DNA of 64,000 nt from Ptychomitrium polyphyllum (Eukaryota), in NCBI GenBank assembly GCA_973851085.1, contig OZ316775.1:19592001-19656000 (forward strand). Reading direction: 5' to 3'. Shown one piece after another: positions 1 to 14,371 of the stretch. The translations under genes and the position numbers were made by a program. Under the pieces are notes generated by a model, which had not been told where the DNA came from, did not search any database, and was given only the letters and a program-made list of their open reading frames with translations. Position 1 is the stretch's first letter. The number at the start of each line of letters is the position of its first letter.

Positions 1-761
1 ATTGACTTAGTTGCAGGACTCGAGGTGAGGATATGGAATCTTCCCCAAGTCAGACGAGACTCTCCCAGTGCTTCAAAAGAAGCATTTCTTAGAACTGCAC
101 TTTCACCAAAACCAGATTCAGACTGTCTATTCAAACTCACCGCAAACCTGTGTGGCAGCATTTTGTCGTGTGCAGATCTTCGTGCCACACAAGCTCAAAG
201 GCACGAGCTTTCAGAGACAACATGGAAGTCTTTCCACGAGAACTTGCACCACTGTACGTGGAAATCTGCCTAGTTCCTCGTTCATTATCCTTTGCAATAG
301 AAACGAGCTTCTTCTGTGCCAATAAAGAATTATTTGAGAGTACAAGTTAACCGTTGTCGTCGTTGTCAATCTTCGTGACGAAATCTGGAAACTTCCCGGT
401 CCGAGAAAAGTTCTTCGGCTGTGAGCTGATTCCTATTTGCTTGCCAATCTTGGACACTCGACGCGCCTGCGGTTGGCGTGCTATCTCATTTTATCGAGCT
501 TCAAAAGGTCCGGGAATTGGCGTGCTCTCTGTTTTGCGATGTACGATACATGTTAGGTGAGTGGACGAAGCTCTACTCTGTCTCTGTCGCCCTGGCCGCG
601 CTTGGTTCGGATGTTGATTTCTCGAAAAAAATGCATTATTAAAGTGTGCAATGAATGCAGCGTTCATTTGTTTAAAAAACAAGCAAAAATAATCTGGCAC
701 CCTCGCTGGCACCTAGCTCCACCAGCTCAAGGTTGTAAACATCATTTCGCCTAATTTTTAC

Positions 762-869
762 ACAACTCTCATGGTATTCATGTCATTGACAACTCTCATG
801 GTACTCATGTCATTGACAACTCTCATGGCATTCATGTTGTTGACAACTTTCATGGTGTTCATGTCATTG
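762..869. repeat. 27-bp tandem minisatellite, 4 copies (ACAACTCTCATGGTATTCATGTCATTG-like)
   Basis: Units start at 762, 789, 816 and 843, with a few substitutions each. Confidence 0.9.
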
Positions 870-3800
870 AGCCATCAGTGTCATGCCGTGTAGAAGAAGG
901 AGGCTATGACATGAGCCATGACTTGGGAAATTATGTTCACCACTTGTGCAATGAAAGGTATCTTTTTTCAAAATGGTGAAAATTTTCTACAACTTGTTTT
1001 TCAAGTGCCTTTCTAGACCATTTAAACAACTGTAGATCAATTCCATTTAATTGATAAAGATATAAAGAATGCAAATAGATAATGTTATAGATGTATATGG
1101 TGATCATAAATGTATTAAATGATTATGATCAAAATCAAATGTATTTGTTTAGGATTTAGTTAAAGTATACTAATTGGAGTATTGAACAATGAATTATACC
1201 AATTTAAATGAGCTTTTAAGAATTAATTCATGCTTAAGAAAAGACAAGATCAAAATAAATTTGAATATGCTTACATTTCAAAAAAAAATCTATTTTTTGA
1301 ATTATTTAATGATGTTTACTTTATATAAAATTAAATTCACTTTATTAAACATTTAAGAAGACAAAACAATTGTCTCTATATACACCAATGAGGACTTAAT
1401 CTTGTAGCTAATAGGTGTAAGATGGAAAGTTTGTTAGTGATAAACAATTCTATTGTACAAATGTTTATGAAAAAACATATGTTATTTCTTGAAAGCTCAA
1501 TTTACATTTCATCATATATTATCACAGCTACAATGGTATGAAGGTCAAAGTATTCAAAACCTTCTTTATTAAAATTCTATCAAAATCAAGACTTGAAAGA
1601 GAAGCATTGTTTTGTAGAATGGCACATTGTTCATTCTCAAAATCATATTTAACAAGTTTCTAATCTTTAATAACGCTTAGTCCTTGTATTGGAATTAATT
1701 TTCTTTTTGATGTATTAACATCTGTTAATGAAATCACAAATAGGACGCTTTTGATGGTCCTTCAACCTACACACTTTTAAAAAATAACTCCTACATACTC
1801 CATTTATAAATAAACTTTCAATTTTATTCTTTTTCAACATTTGACTTACATCCTGGAAAATGCCAAAGCTTAATGCATTGCTCTTTAAAACTTCATTCAA
1901 ACATCACTTCAATTTTGCTTCATTAAAACAACAATGATTGCATTATTGTTGTGGCAAAAATAGTTTCAATATATGGTACCAATTCATAATGTCCTTGCTT
2001 GCAAAAAAAAACCTACTTTTCTTCTTCTTTTAATCGTTTTTGAAAGGTTAAATTTATTGAATTTATAAGAACTTAGAGATTTAAGTCCAAACACATATTC
2101 AATTTAAACCAAAATCACTTATGTAACAAATAAAATTATACTTTTGATTTTAAAAATCACACAAAATAACAATATATACTCATATGAAAAGAAAAGATGA
2201 AAATTCCAAACATGCTCTAAGTACCTTTAAAAATGACTTTAAAAGAAAGAATATAATATAACTAAAGAACTAACCAATGCTGGAACTAACTAAGGAGCTA
2301 AAATTGGAGATGTCATTTGCCTATATGTTTTATGACCATACTGTGATTGCCATGATTATGTTACTTACTAGTCTCACAACAAAAAAAGCAATTGTCAGAA
2401 CGAGCTTCAAAGGAATAATATACATGGTTTGAGAAAAATGCAATTGATTTCCATCCAAAGAAGTGAAAAATACTACCACTGGTATTCTTTTTCAGCAGCT
2501 CACCATATCCTGCTCTTTGTTTCAAATGCACACTGCTCATGAAATAGAAACCCCCCGCCTTGAGAAAAAATTTCATATAATTGCCGACGATACAATGGAT
2601 AATTGTAAAGTACATCCATTGCTGATTGCTTTGTCAACGACATTCGATAAGACATTCAACGATACTTTCAGAGTTCTCGGTGAGTCTGCTGCGCGGATTG
2701 GCGGAAGTGATCGGAAGTTCATCTAGGTGCACGCTTTCAACTGAGTTGAACTTCGTTGGAAAACGGAGTCCGTAGTCAAGGATGAATGGTAACATCATGA
2801 CATGTGTTTGGACTTCCAGAAGATAGGCTTGCAACGGAACGAACTTTAGCACAAGTTGCTGCCAACCCCGCATGGCTTGAATTTAGCAAGAGTTAGGCCA
2901 CTGGGATTAGATTGCGCAGAATCTGTAGGACACGTGAACTATATGTTTAATGTTATTGCAGCTCTACAGGACTGTATTATGAACCTATGAGCATTTTTTC
3001 CAAAGTTTAGTATTCAAGTGTGAGTTGCACTTCGGCGACTTTGCGTTGCACGGGTTCCTCTTTGCATATTATAATCGGGAGCTGATAAACGCCAGCTTCA
3101 AAGTTTCCGTTTAACTCAAGAAAGGTCAAAAAAGTCTAAGTAGGACTCTATAGTCTCCACCTCAGCAACTCAAGCAAATTAGCGAGAGCAGAGAGTATGG
3201 GAATTTGAAATTCAATTTACAATTTCTTGAGGGTGCTACTGCATTCATTGACTTCTTCGAGATCATACCGGGCTCGGTGTTGTTAGTTATATCGGCGAAC
3301 CTGAACTCTGTTAAATTGTGTAATATTCGTTTTCCAGTGCTAATTAAATGACCGTTTCATTGCAAAAGCACAAGATGCAGACTGAACTTGTCGTGGGCCT
3401 AGAAGGGCATCTAGAGCACAATCCATCCAGCCAGGCTGTTCTTCAGACGCTGTGATGTAAGCTTTGGATCGTAGGGCTACATTCCAGGAAATGATGTTGC
3501 CCTCTCCTTGGCACCTAGTGGTGACGGTACATATACCAGTATGCAACATTATGACTTCAGGTTCTACCTCCTCACAATGTCTTGTAGTTGCGCATCTCCT
3601 AACACTCAAGAGCCTTAACCATTCAGCTTCTTTAGTACTCCGAGTGTCAGGTAAACTTCACTGCTAGAGTTTGAGGACTGATCATGTAAGTTAGCCTTTA
3701 TAAGCACATCTTGGTTCCTAGGCTGATAAGGATTGCACATGTATTGTATGTGAATTAGGCAATTTAGTGACACTCTCGTCACTGTCTGTTGGAAGTATTA

Positions 3801-4139
3801 TTCGCCATCTCTTTAGAGCTGTCGTGCTTCGGCAATGCAGATGTTGCAAGAACTGTCAGAATGCAAGCTAGAATCTGAGAATTCATCATGTGTAGAAGTA
3901 CGATATCTTGCTAGATTGATAGATTTGCATGTAAACTTTGTGCGAGTTAGGTTAGTAATTGCCTCTCCAGCCACCATTTGCATCAATCATCGAAGATTTT
4001 GAGTCGGTTCATCGCAATCAGATGATTCATAGTGTCAAGTCCTTGCATTCATATCTGGTAGTATAATGGACAAATCTGTGTTACTCGTCTGACAGTGAAG
4101 AAGCCTAGCTCTGGACGAATTACAGGGCATCTCGAAGCT

Positions 4140-5977
4140 ATGGATCAGCATAGATACCTTCGAAAAGGACCAATTCCAGTGATAATCTTGATGGTGGTAT
4201 TTCTGTCGATGGCATGTGCCGTGATAGAAGCCTCCAAGAGCAGGGCCTTCCCGCCCGCTAACATCCCAGAAGACTGCAACAGCGTTGAACGCTGCTGCAT
4301 GCCGAGGCCCTATACGGGTAAGCCTGGAATCTACCAGTTCAAATACCCAGACTCCGACCTGCCGATGCGCGTCCGCCCCGCAGCCCACCTCGTCGACAAA
4401 GCCTACGTCAAGAAGCTTGAGAAGGCTTACAAGATTCTCCGCGAGCTCCCGGATTCCGACCCTCGCTCACTCAAGAACCAAATGAATTTCCACTGCTTAT
4501 ATTGCGACAATGCGCTGTACTTCAAGGGCGAAAAGTACCCGCTTGAGATCCACAACGGCTGGTTCTTCCTTCCCTGGCACCGCATGTACATCTACTTCCA
4601 CGAGCGCATTCTAGCGAAGGTTCTGAACGATCCCGACTTCGCCTTGCCATATTGGGACTGGGACAACCAGCTGAGGACTCAGCCAGCTCCAAATGTCATC
4701 CCTGCTATGTACGCGAAGAAAGGCTCCACTCTTTATGATCCGAATCGGAACAACTGCTCGGCGCCGCCGTTCGTTGTGGACATGGATACGAGGACGGGGT
4801 GCACGGACAAGACGTCGGATTTCTTGAGGTTGCAAAATACGCGGTTGACTTACTCCCAGATCGTGTTAGGCTCGCCGACGCCGTCCCTGTTCTATGGGAT
4901 GCCGTACCGGAAGGGTGACTTTGGTGGGGCGGGTCCCGGGACGTTCGAGGATCAGCCCCATGGGATCATTCACGCATGGGTTGGAAATCCGTCAGCGCAG
5001 CCGCCGCTGCGGCCCGGTGATGATATGGGCAACTTTGGTCGGTCTGCGTTCGATCCGCTCTTCTACGCGCATCATACGAATGTTGATCGCATTTGGGATA
5101 TTTGGTATAAGCTTCCGGGTGGGAAGAGGACGAGTCCGACTGATCTAGATTTTCTGAACTCACAGTTTACATTTTATGACGAGAATGGCGATCTCGTGAA
5201 AGTGAACGTCTCTCAGATGCTCGACTCCAAGAAACTCAGGTTGAACCGCGAGCCCTTGTATTCGGCAATGCTTACGTTTCATTCTCTTGAGAATGTTGTT
5301 GTTAGGTTTCATGTGTAAGGTTACGTAGCTCTGAATCTATCAGTATAAAGTGGTGGCTGATTTTCCTCACCCGATTTGCGTGCAATTTCTGATTCGACTT
5401 CAGACCAATTCTAATAGTCTGATCCATTGTTACTTTCAGATATAAGTACCAAAAGGTACCGACGCCATGGATCACGAACGGACTTAAAAAGGGAAGTGAG
5501 AATGAAGTACGGCATTGCAACCCACTATCTAAATTCGAGACACGCGCCCTGATTTCGAAGACGAGATCCTACTCGGGCAAGGAGAGCCTGAGTACAGTTC
5601 CCATTACGTTCAAGTTGAAGCGCCCTCGTCGCAGCCACAAGGGCACCGAGGTGCTGGAGATTTCAGGGCTGCACATCCCGGACATCACGTCGCAAGTGCA
5701 CTGGAAGGCCTACGTCTTCTTCCCTCAGGCAACCATCGCGAATGGCCCTCTCTGTCCTGAGTTTCTGGGCACCTTCAACTTCCTCCCACATGTTGGCCAG
5801 TCGACGTTTAATCCCAAGAGGGTGTGGCGCGCGGCGCTGGGACCTTTGCTCAAAGCCCTTGGTAAAAATTTCGTGAAGGAGGTTGTGGTCACCATTGTGC
5901 AAACGGGTATTCCGCAATTGCTCACATTTGACAAAGCTCATATTATATATGATCTGAGCCCCGAGGTCACCCAGTAG
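4140..5977 (+). CDS. PPO: Polyphenol oxidase (type-3 copper, tyrosinase family); exons 4140-5239 and 5440-5977
   Basis: CuA motif HCLYCD...HNGWFFLPWHRMYIYFHERIL and CuB motif PHGIIHAWVG...DMGNF...DPLFYAHHTNVDRIW. Removing the GT-AG intron 5240-5439 restores LRYKYQKVPTPW and joins in frame to the C-terminal domain (PEFLGTF), ending TAG at 5975-5977. The N-terminus is hydrophobic (IPVIILMVVFLSMACA). Confidence 0.93.
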
Positions 5978-8900
5978 TGACACAGCCAAGAAACACAGAC
6001 CATCTCTTGGAGCATGATATCGAGGACGTTGATATTCATTCATTTCGTTAAGCAGTACGTTCCATTCTGGTTGAGGAGCATTGTTTGGAATGATGCCGAG
6101 AAGGTGAAATATTTTCAAGAATTGTTGTTACTGATTGCATTACCTTCAATCACAGAACGTCTGAAAGTTGATCTTCGTCAACTCAGACATAAACTGGACT
6201 TGCATAATCTCGTATTCTTCACCTTACAGCTTCTATGTGAATGTGTGATGTTGAGGTTACTATTCTTTGCCAAAATTTCAACATTTGCCTGAAGCAAACA
6301 TGTTCTTTTGTATCCATTGCATAATATGAATGTTATTTCTTTGGTCGCTCGTATGATCATTGCAGTATTTGGCGTTGTTACAATGTAATTAGATGATGTT
6401 GCATAACTGGATGACATGATGGTTTGCAGCAGACACTTCTTGCGGAATTCTGGCCCGGTCTGGTTACCGGTGTTTTGCTTTGTGGAACTTATAACCGATT
6501 CGAATCCTTTATCAGAGATCTAAGCCTCTGCAGAAGAATTGTCTCAGTAGATAATATAGATAAGGTAGTGACGAGCTTGAGAAAAATCTCATACCGGAAA
6601 ATGCACTTTAAAGTATTCATTCTCGTCGATTATCTTGTACCAAACATTGCCATTGCAAACGAACCGCCATGGACGTTAACTCCCAGGTATTTGACATGAG
6701 CATCGTCACAGCGCATGATCGTCTTGTATATGGCTTTACAACAGGAGCTCAACCCAGCTGACTGGTTTTATTTTCTTTCTGTCCAGAATGTAAAAGATAC
6801 CGGTGTCTATTCCAACGACAATTCTATGCCAAGTGAAAGTTAGGAAGTGGATACCATCAACATCTGAGTTACAACGAAGTCTGGAATTCGCTGCCTTCGT
6901 CCCCGTCTGTTTTTGGTTTTTATGGCAGGGTGGCGTGAGACGTATAATGGAGAATTTAACTTCATTGTTGTTTCTAAATTTTTAGGTCATTTGATGGTCC
7001 TGTAGAATGACAATACGATAATCACTATAATGACTTTAAATATGTCTTCATTAACCCTTGTTTTTGGTAATGCAAAGTGTAAGCTCCACGCAATTAACAC
7101 TAAGGACAGAAACACATATAATGCATGTTGTTTTAGGAATCCGATCTTAGAGATGCCTACCAGTGCCATGTTTTTTCCCCACTTGCACTATGTGAGACTC
7201 CGGAAAGAATTTCGACGCTGACCTTATTGTTAAGAAAACATTATTGTAACTAGCCTTGATTTGTACCTCAGTGGAAATTTCTGTCAACAAGGGAGTATAC
7301 TTAACACTTACATATAGTTACTCTAAATCAGTAGTTGGATGATTTGGTCCTCCGGCAGCAGAGTAGGAGAGTGAATCCGAGGGTGTGATTACTTTTCCAC
7401 CTCAAGGATCCAGGAGTCTCTTTAGGTCCTTGTGGACTACTACTCATCACACCTTATTAATTATCAACTCAATAATTAGGAAAACATATATACTATGCAT
7501 ATACTTTTGTCTGAAACAAACCTGCTAGAGCCACAGAGGAAGTCTGACAGAAGTTGAAGAACTGCTCCCTTTTGGTTTCTCGAAGCCCAATGTAAAAGAG
7601 CTGCTTGCATACCACAAGATTAGAAAAAGTTGGAAGTAAGTTGGGGTTGAAAAATAGCCTCATCACCAGACAAGTTGCAAATCGAATGTATTAGTTGTAG
7701 CTTCAACAATTCAGAATTGTGACGTACGTTAGTAGTTACCAAGCCACTATTGCAACAAAATTACCAAATTTTGCTAGCGTTGAACAGAGTATGGTCGAAT
7801 GACCGACTCATGATGAATTAAATAAATTTCCTGACTCGTACTTCGAAGTCCTACAATTATCAAAGAAAACGTTTCGTTTTGACATGAGCCCGAAATTGCT
7901 TGCAAATATGGCATTGAATTGGAGACTTCCAGATAGACGCGCAATATCAATCAGCTTGATTACTACAAGCATTCCGCATAAATATTTGGTATGCCGTGGA
8001 CGGCAAGGCGTTGGGATGATCACAGACATCTTCCAACTCCTTCTTTCTACTGATCACGCTGTTGTCGCAGCCATCTCGAGATAAAACCGGTGACACGGCC
8101 CTCGGGTCTTCGAGGAATAGTGAGCAGTCTGTCGGCAGAGAACACGGCGGTCACTAAATCAACGATATATATATAGAATCTGTATGTTTGTATTTCCTCA
8201 CAACTTCGAAAAAGACCTCATAGTCGGCAAGTATTATGTTGCCTTTGCCACAGGTGGGGCCGGCCAGAGACACCATGCACAGCTCAATGCAGCTTAGAAA
8301 ATTGCATTGCTATGTGGGCTGGTTGGTCTTTTTGTAATGAAGGGTGGTTGGATCAAAATGTCATTGAGTTGAAGTGGCAAACCTTGATTGAATATGGTAA
8401 AATGAATGAAAACAAGTCATTTTGCAATTTAAGAGACTTAACCAATACTGGAACTTAATTTTTAGTGGTATTTGATAACTCTTGGATGTGCTAGGACATT
8501 TCAAGTAGGTGAAAAAATTTACAAACTAAGTGATGCTGTTTGGGGTCTTGCTATCGGCCTTTTTTTATTACCTCTAATGACCCTAAAATGAACAAACGGT
8601 TCCTTCCTTGGTGAGTTTTATGAGGGTTGTCTTGGATTTCCCCTTTTGTTTCAAAAAACAAAATAAAATAAAATTCTTTGGTTTGTCCAAGCCAATGGAA
8701 GTGAGCAAAATTCCTGCTTAACTTGAGGATCAGGTGTTCCTCAGAGGGGTATGCATGCAGCCAACTTTTTCAAATGAGGACACCCTGAAACTGCTTGTTA
8801 CGGTATGAATGCATGCTTGATGACACAGATCCTTCTGCAGGTCAACGAGACATGAACAGTTTCGTCTGGTCAGCATTGTTTCAGGTGCCATGTTTCTGAG

Positions 8901-11900
8901 GAATTAAGCATGCTTGCTATTGAAATTTGTAGATATACAGCTGAATTGACGACGGCTACCACTGAAGCGGAGTTGTAATTTGAACAGTTATGATGATCAT
9001 TACTTTTGTTGGTTCGAAGTTGGGGTGATAACTGGTATTGATATAATAAAGTTCTAGACATGACTAAGAGGAAACAACTATGTGTTGTTTTTCAACTTTT
9101 AAGGTATTACTATTCATGTTTAAGAGTTCAAATTGAACTCGTTTGTAGAGAATGCACATCAGGACGAAGGACCTGATATGGCCTGGATGTGGCAATTGCC
9201 ATCTGGCAATACTTTTGATAAATCACAGCTATTATTCTGCCACAACTGTAGCCCATCCCTAGCTTAATTGTCACAAGCCTGGATGTGCTTCTCTTTCGGG
9301 TCAGAGTCTAGTTTGAGACTTTCGTGTTGAAAATAATATTTCGTGGGCTGGATTCCGTGTAGTTCTGGCAAATTTGTATTCCAAACGCAAATTTATTTTT
9401 CGAAGTCTGCAATTTTGTGGTTTCACATCCAATATTTTGTAAGCTTGCTTTGTCACTATATGGTAGCAAAATCATGTATATAATCCGGACCTCAGCAACT
9501 CCAAACTCACACTTCATCGGGTGTGCCGGTTTCTGCGTGTATTGCTATCCTTGGACATTTGAGAGTATTGAAATTCATAGTTGAGCTGTGAAATGTAATT
9601 GAACCTTCAAGTTTACTTAGTACCTTACAACAGGTTGTCCAGATAATCTGCCGTGATCATCGAGTCATCGCTAGACATGAGATTCTTGCAAATGTTGCAG
9701 CTCCCACGTCTGTTCTCTATTCCAGATGATGTTGCGCCATATGATTCTGGCGATACTTGCCAGTTTGGTCTGATCAACTGTCCGTTTTACAGCTGCAAGA
9801 ACCTACCAATCTCATACCCGGATCCAACGCCAAATGACCCCAGATGTTTCTGTTTCAGAGAAAATTGCTCTAGATGCAATCCACAGATGTCGATTCTGCA
9901 AACCGCATACTTCCATGAGAAGAACAATGGTGGTGCAATGCCAACTCTTCAGAAGTCTGTTCATTTACTGGAGTCGGTAATTCTGGCACCTATCTCGCAC
10001 CCTGATAAAGATCACGTCTGCAGAGCCATACCGTGTGATTATTGTGGACAGATGTGGTAGTTTCTACAACGAATTGTCTCGTTGGATGCGTGCCGCAGTC
10101 TTAAGTTATGTCAATTACTGTGGTGTTCAGACCTCAGAGAATGCCTGGGTCATCAATAACATCATACTTATTACGTCGTAGATTCATACGTCGGTCTTTG
10201 AAATCAGTTCAAAGATGTCACCTCAGTGAGCGTGACTCAGTGAGTTTAGTGTAATAGGCCTAGTGTGTGAATCAGCTAAATAAAAGGCTTTTGTGGAACG
10301 TACGAGCATAAAATATCAAGTCTTGCAAAATCCATTCAGCTGACTTCCTGGTAGACCTCTAAGGGTTCAGAATCCAGATCGTTACGTTAATAAGTCTCAT
10401 GTAATAGATCAAGTGATGATTGTTCGTCAATCAGGATATGAAAATGAGAATATTTGCGGGTCAGTTTCTGACTTCATTTTTGAATGAAATTTTTTCCAAT
10501 CTTGAATGACCACAATTCTGTACACACAAAAAGGATTTATTCGGCTGCCAGTTATACTTATAGAATTTATTTGGCTGCCAGTGAGTATACTTCTTGTACT
10601 TGTATTCTAGCAGGATCTAGAAGGATTCACTTTACATTCATAAGCTCACATTATTTAATCCATTGGCTTGCTCTCCAGCATCAAACAGCGTCTTACAGCG
10701 TCTCCTAGGAATCAGAAACCAATCTCGAAAACAATCAACAATCGTTCAACTAGATTGCATAACACACGCAACGCTGTAAGAAGAAGCTGCACTGGAATAA
10801 ATTTTCACATGCTGCAGACTTTGGAACTCCATCAAGGCCTTGTGGATTCTTTCCTGTTTGTGATGATCTTTCTCTGCAGTGTTGGTTCTCTTCAGTGCAT
10901 CGTCATAGCGATTGTGTCAAAGTCATTGCACCTTCCAAAGCTATGGAGCCTCCCCCTTGCCCCCAAACGGAAGGAAATGGATGACGAGCGTCCCGTCCTT
11001 CTGTTACATTGCGTACAACCAAATTTCCACTTATTTCTGAACTCCACCGTTATCGGATGACACTTCCCACGGTCTCCACAGGCATATTCTTGCTAAGTGT
11101 ATGTCAGGAGGGTCAAAAGGCTTTGACTAGCAGTGCATTCTCTTGAACTTGTCGGGGAGTTACGTTATGCCGATCTGCAACATGTCAATGGAGCTCGCCT
11201 TGTAGAATGATTCCTATCCATTTGCAAAATTAGAGCATAGTTATTTCTCATAACTTGTAGTTGCTTTAGAGTTCTGGTGCCTCTCTTTTTAGTCCCTTTG
11301 CTGATCATCATAAAATAAGATCCAATTATTGTGAGTATGTTTTATAATGTAAAATTACAAGATTTGTCAAGATACACCTATTGACATGGTGTACTATAAT
11401 CAATTTGATATTCTTGTATTTCTTCCATTATGTAGCCTATTCCTTTAGTTTTTAGTTAATTCCCTCTACCAGCCAATTGCTCCTACAAAAATAGCTTGAA
11501 TTACTTTGTAAGAATCTACCTTACCTAATGAAAATGAACCCCATTTATACATAATTGAAAGCTATGTATTGAATAAAGAGTATTAAGTTAATTTTCAAAA
11601 TATGAAACTTCATTAGAGTAATGAAAATAATGATTGTATAATAGAGTTTTTAACCAATTAGCCACTTATTCAAAGTATATAATAGTTTTATTATAATTCT
11701 TTTAATATATGTAGTATCTACTTGGATGAGGCCTACTTATGATATAATTTTTATTAGTCATAACATAAATCTCATTCAACAAATTGTAGATCCATGATTT
11801 ATCTATTAGATTTAGTTTTTCTTCAAAAGTTTTCTAAAACAAGAAGACTGAAACTTTGCAACAATTCTGAATTAGATAACAATTCTGAATTAGATAACCT

Positions 11901-12950
11901 TCACTATGCGTGCAGCCTTATCAAAACCAAAACGTAGTGGTAAATGTTTTAACTGAATTGATAACATTCTTAAACATTCATACCATACCTCTAGATTCAT
12001 TGGAACACTGCCAACTCGACATTCTCAATATTCAAAGCCCTTCGCAATTCATTATTAACAATGCAGCATCATTATGCTTCATACTCTGAAATTCATCAAA
12101 TTATCATGTACAACCTTAGTGACAGCACCCTTTGCTGTCATAAAATTTCATACGCATGTTACCTCAAAGATTGGAAGCGACAGTACCTTCAAACCATAAG
12201 CATACCTAAACGTCACAAGAATAAACACTAAATTCGCAATGTTACATGCAAACCAAAGTGTGTAAAAGTGCACACTAATCAAGTGTTGATAAAACCATTC
12301 CAAAGTCGATGACAAGAAACTTCACAAACCCATTAGACAAGCCTGACTAAAGCAAAAATCAATTACATTGATAGTTAAACACAAGCAACTGTAAAATGCA
12401 GTATGATCAAGGCTGGCGCAACTCCATAAGTGGTTATCTTGATTTTCAAATACTCATCCGCACACTAAACAATCAACCAATTCGCAGCACAGCAGAATGC
12501 CAAAGCAATCACCTGCATAACAAGTACCATGCAGACAATATATGCGTCACACTGCAAACATAAACAGTACTGCATACAATTCCATCCTGCACACAACAAT
12601 TCAACTACTCCACGTACAACGCACACAAATCCGACGATGAAAAAGCAAATATTCACTCGGAATACCAAATAACACCAGAATAAATTACAAATTTCTCGTT
12701 ACAATACAATCCCCGAGTACATTACAAAAGTCCGACCTCACACTCACTCCATCAATGATCGGGCAAATTTACGACTAGAAAACTGCAAAACACAGTAAAC
12801 TCTCCCGACATAACTCACACCATTGTCTGCGAACTCGAACAGTACAAAAACCTTCAGGAAAGGAACTAAAAAAGAATATTCATCACATTTCTACAGTACG
12901 CATTCTAGCCTCTCCACCCTACCAGACATTCACAGCCGCCACCCAACTCC

Positions 12951-14004
12951 CTAGTCGCTCGTGATGTTCTCGCCGGGAGCGTTCACGCTGTCCTGGATCA
13001 CCGCCGACGCCTCGCCCAGGATGTTCTGAAACCCTCCCAGCAGCCCCTTCGCGCCCTCCTTCGTCTCCGCAACGGCGTGCCTGGCGTCCTCCTGCGTCGC
13101 CCGCCCCGCCGACCCGGCCTTGCCCTGCGCCGCCTCGCCCGCCTCGTCCGCCTTCACCTTCGTCGCCCCCAACGCCTGCCCCATCGCGTCCTTCACCTGC
13201 CCCGCCTTCTCCTTCACCGCCTGCCCCGCCGCGCCCGCCGCGTCCTGCGCCGACCCCGCCAGCTCGCCCGCCTTGCCCTTCGTGCGATCCCACTTCTGCC
13301 CCGCCTCTGCCTTCGCCTCGTCCACCCGAGGCTGGTGCGCGCCCGCCGCCCTGTCCGCCTCGCCCTTGATGTCGCCCGCCGCGCCCTTCACGCTGTCCGC
13401 CGCCCCCTTGGCCGCGCCCGCCGCCCCGTCCTTCGCCTCCCGCGCTCTGTCGCCCACCCTGTCCGCGGCATCGCCGGCCTCCGCCCGGCCCCTCGACACC
13501 TCCCCCCGCGCAGCCCGCAGCGCGTCCTCCACCTCCTCGTCCGCGGTCTTCACGTGATACTTCCCGGAGTACGACCTCCTGCCCTCGCCCGTCGCCCCGC
13601 CGGACTCGCCCTTCTTGCCCGCGTCCGACCCGCTCCCCGCCGTCGAGTACGAGCTCCGCGACGTGTGCTTCTCCTCGTGCGACCGCGTCTTGGTGGTCAC
13701 GTCGAAGTCCGAGCCCTCGAAGTTCTTCACCTCATGCCTGGAGTCCGACGAGTCCCTCACGTAGTTGTCGTCGTCGTCGCCGGTCGGCAGATCCTCCGTC
13801 GTCAGAACATCGGTGTCGATCTTCTGCGTGATGTCCCGCTCCGACCCCTCGTAGTTCTTCGCCTCCTGCACACACGCATTCCCGTCACCAATCAAGCCAC
13901 ACAATGCCGCTGTCAACTAGGCATGCCAACCCCGCACCCCGAACCCTAACTCCAGAACGTGCACAGATCCCTCGGCATGCAGCGCGTCTCACCTTGGTGG
14001 CCAT
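12951..14004 (-). CDS. LEA (group 3-like) hydrophilin, copy 1; exons 14004-13993 (MATK) and 13865-12951; 308 aa
   Basis: ATG GCC ACC AAG|GTGAGA donor, 127-bp intron, TGCAG acceptor. The protein is A/G/E/K/D-rich with AKxKAGE-type repeats and no Cys. The same structure is present in the inverted copy. The family call rests on composition and repeats only. Confidence 0.82.
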
Positions 14005-14257
14005 GGCCCCTGAGCTTGGATCTGAGGCTCCGCGTAGGTTGATTCACCGCCGGAATTCTCAGGCACACAGATTGTCTCGGTGGTTAAATTGGTTGTCTAC
14101 AGTGTAGTACGGGTGCAATCGAGACTAGGCCCGCCTGGGAGGTTGAGTTGTTCTGTAAGATAGTACACTCGGGTGTTGTGTTTGGATAGCGGGGACTGAA
14201 GGGTACCCGGTGGTATTTTAACAAGGTTGACTGCTTGGACGGACGTTCTTTGAGTGG

Positions 14258-14371
14258 CCACTTGGAGGGAGGCATGTGTCAGGGAAGGACAAGTGGCGCT
14301 GACGGTCGAAAGACGCTGCAATCGTAGTGGGGTTGCCACGTGGCCTTGCCAAGTGGATGGGTTTCCACTTG
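14258..14371. promoter_or_regulatory. G-box/ABRE (GCCACGTGGC, 14335-14344) flanked by four CCACTTG/CAAGTGG E-box variants, upstream of LEA copy 1
   Basis: Variant motifs at 14258, 14290, 14350 and 14365, about 250-370 bp upstream of the ATG. ACGTGGC is the classical ABRE core of ABA-induced LEA genes. Confidence 0.6.

Noticed and set aside
1..760. Possible 5' UTR/promoter of a minus-strand gene leaving the window
   Set aside because: Only composition suggests it; there is no coding evidence.
762..869. 27-bp repeats as a possible CRISPR array
   Set aside because: Head-to-tail units with no spacers.
10900..11000. Minus-strand HFLPFGG resembling the P450 heme-binding motif
   Set aside because: No following RxCxG, stops nearby and no other P450 motifs.
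11860..11898. 18-bp perfect tandem duplication (similar one at ~16132-16161)
   Set aside because: Ordinary slippage or repair duplication in AT-rich intergenic DNA.
6000..12800. Scattered ORFs (e.g. 9653-10060, 10668-11060) in mid-GC sequence
   Set aside because: No recognisable domain or consistent exon chain. A non-coding transcript or decayed gene cannot be excluded.
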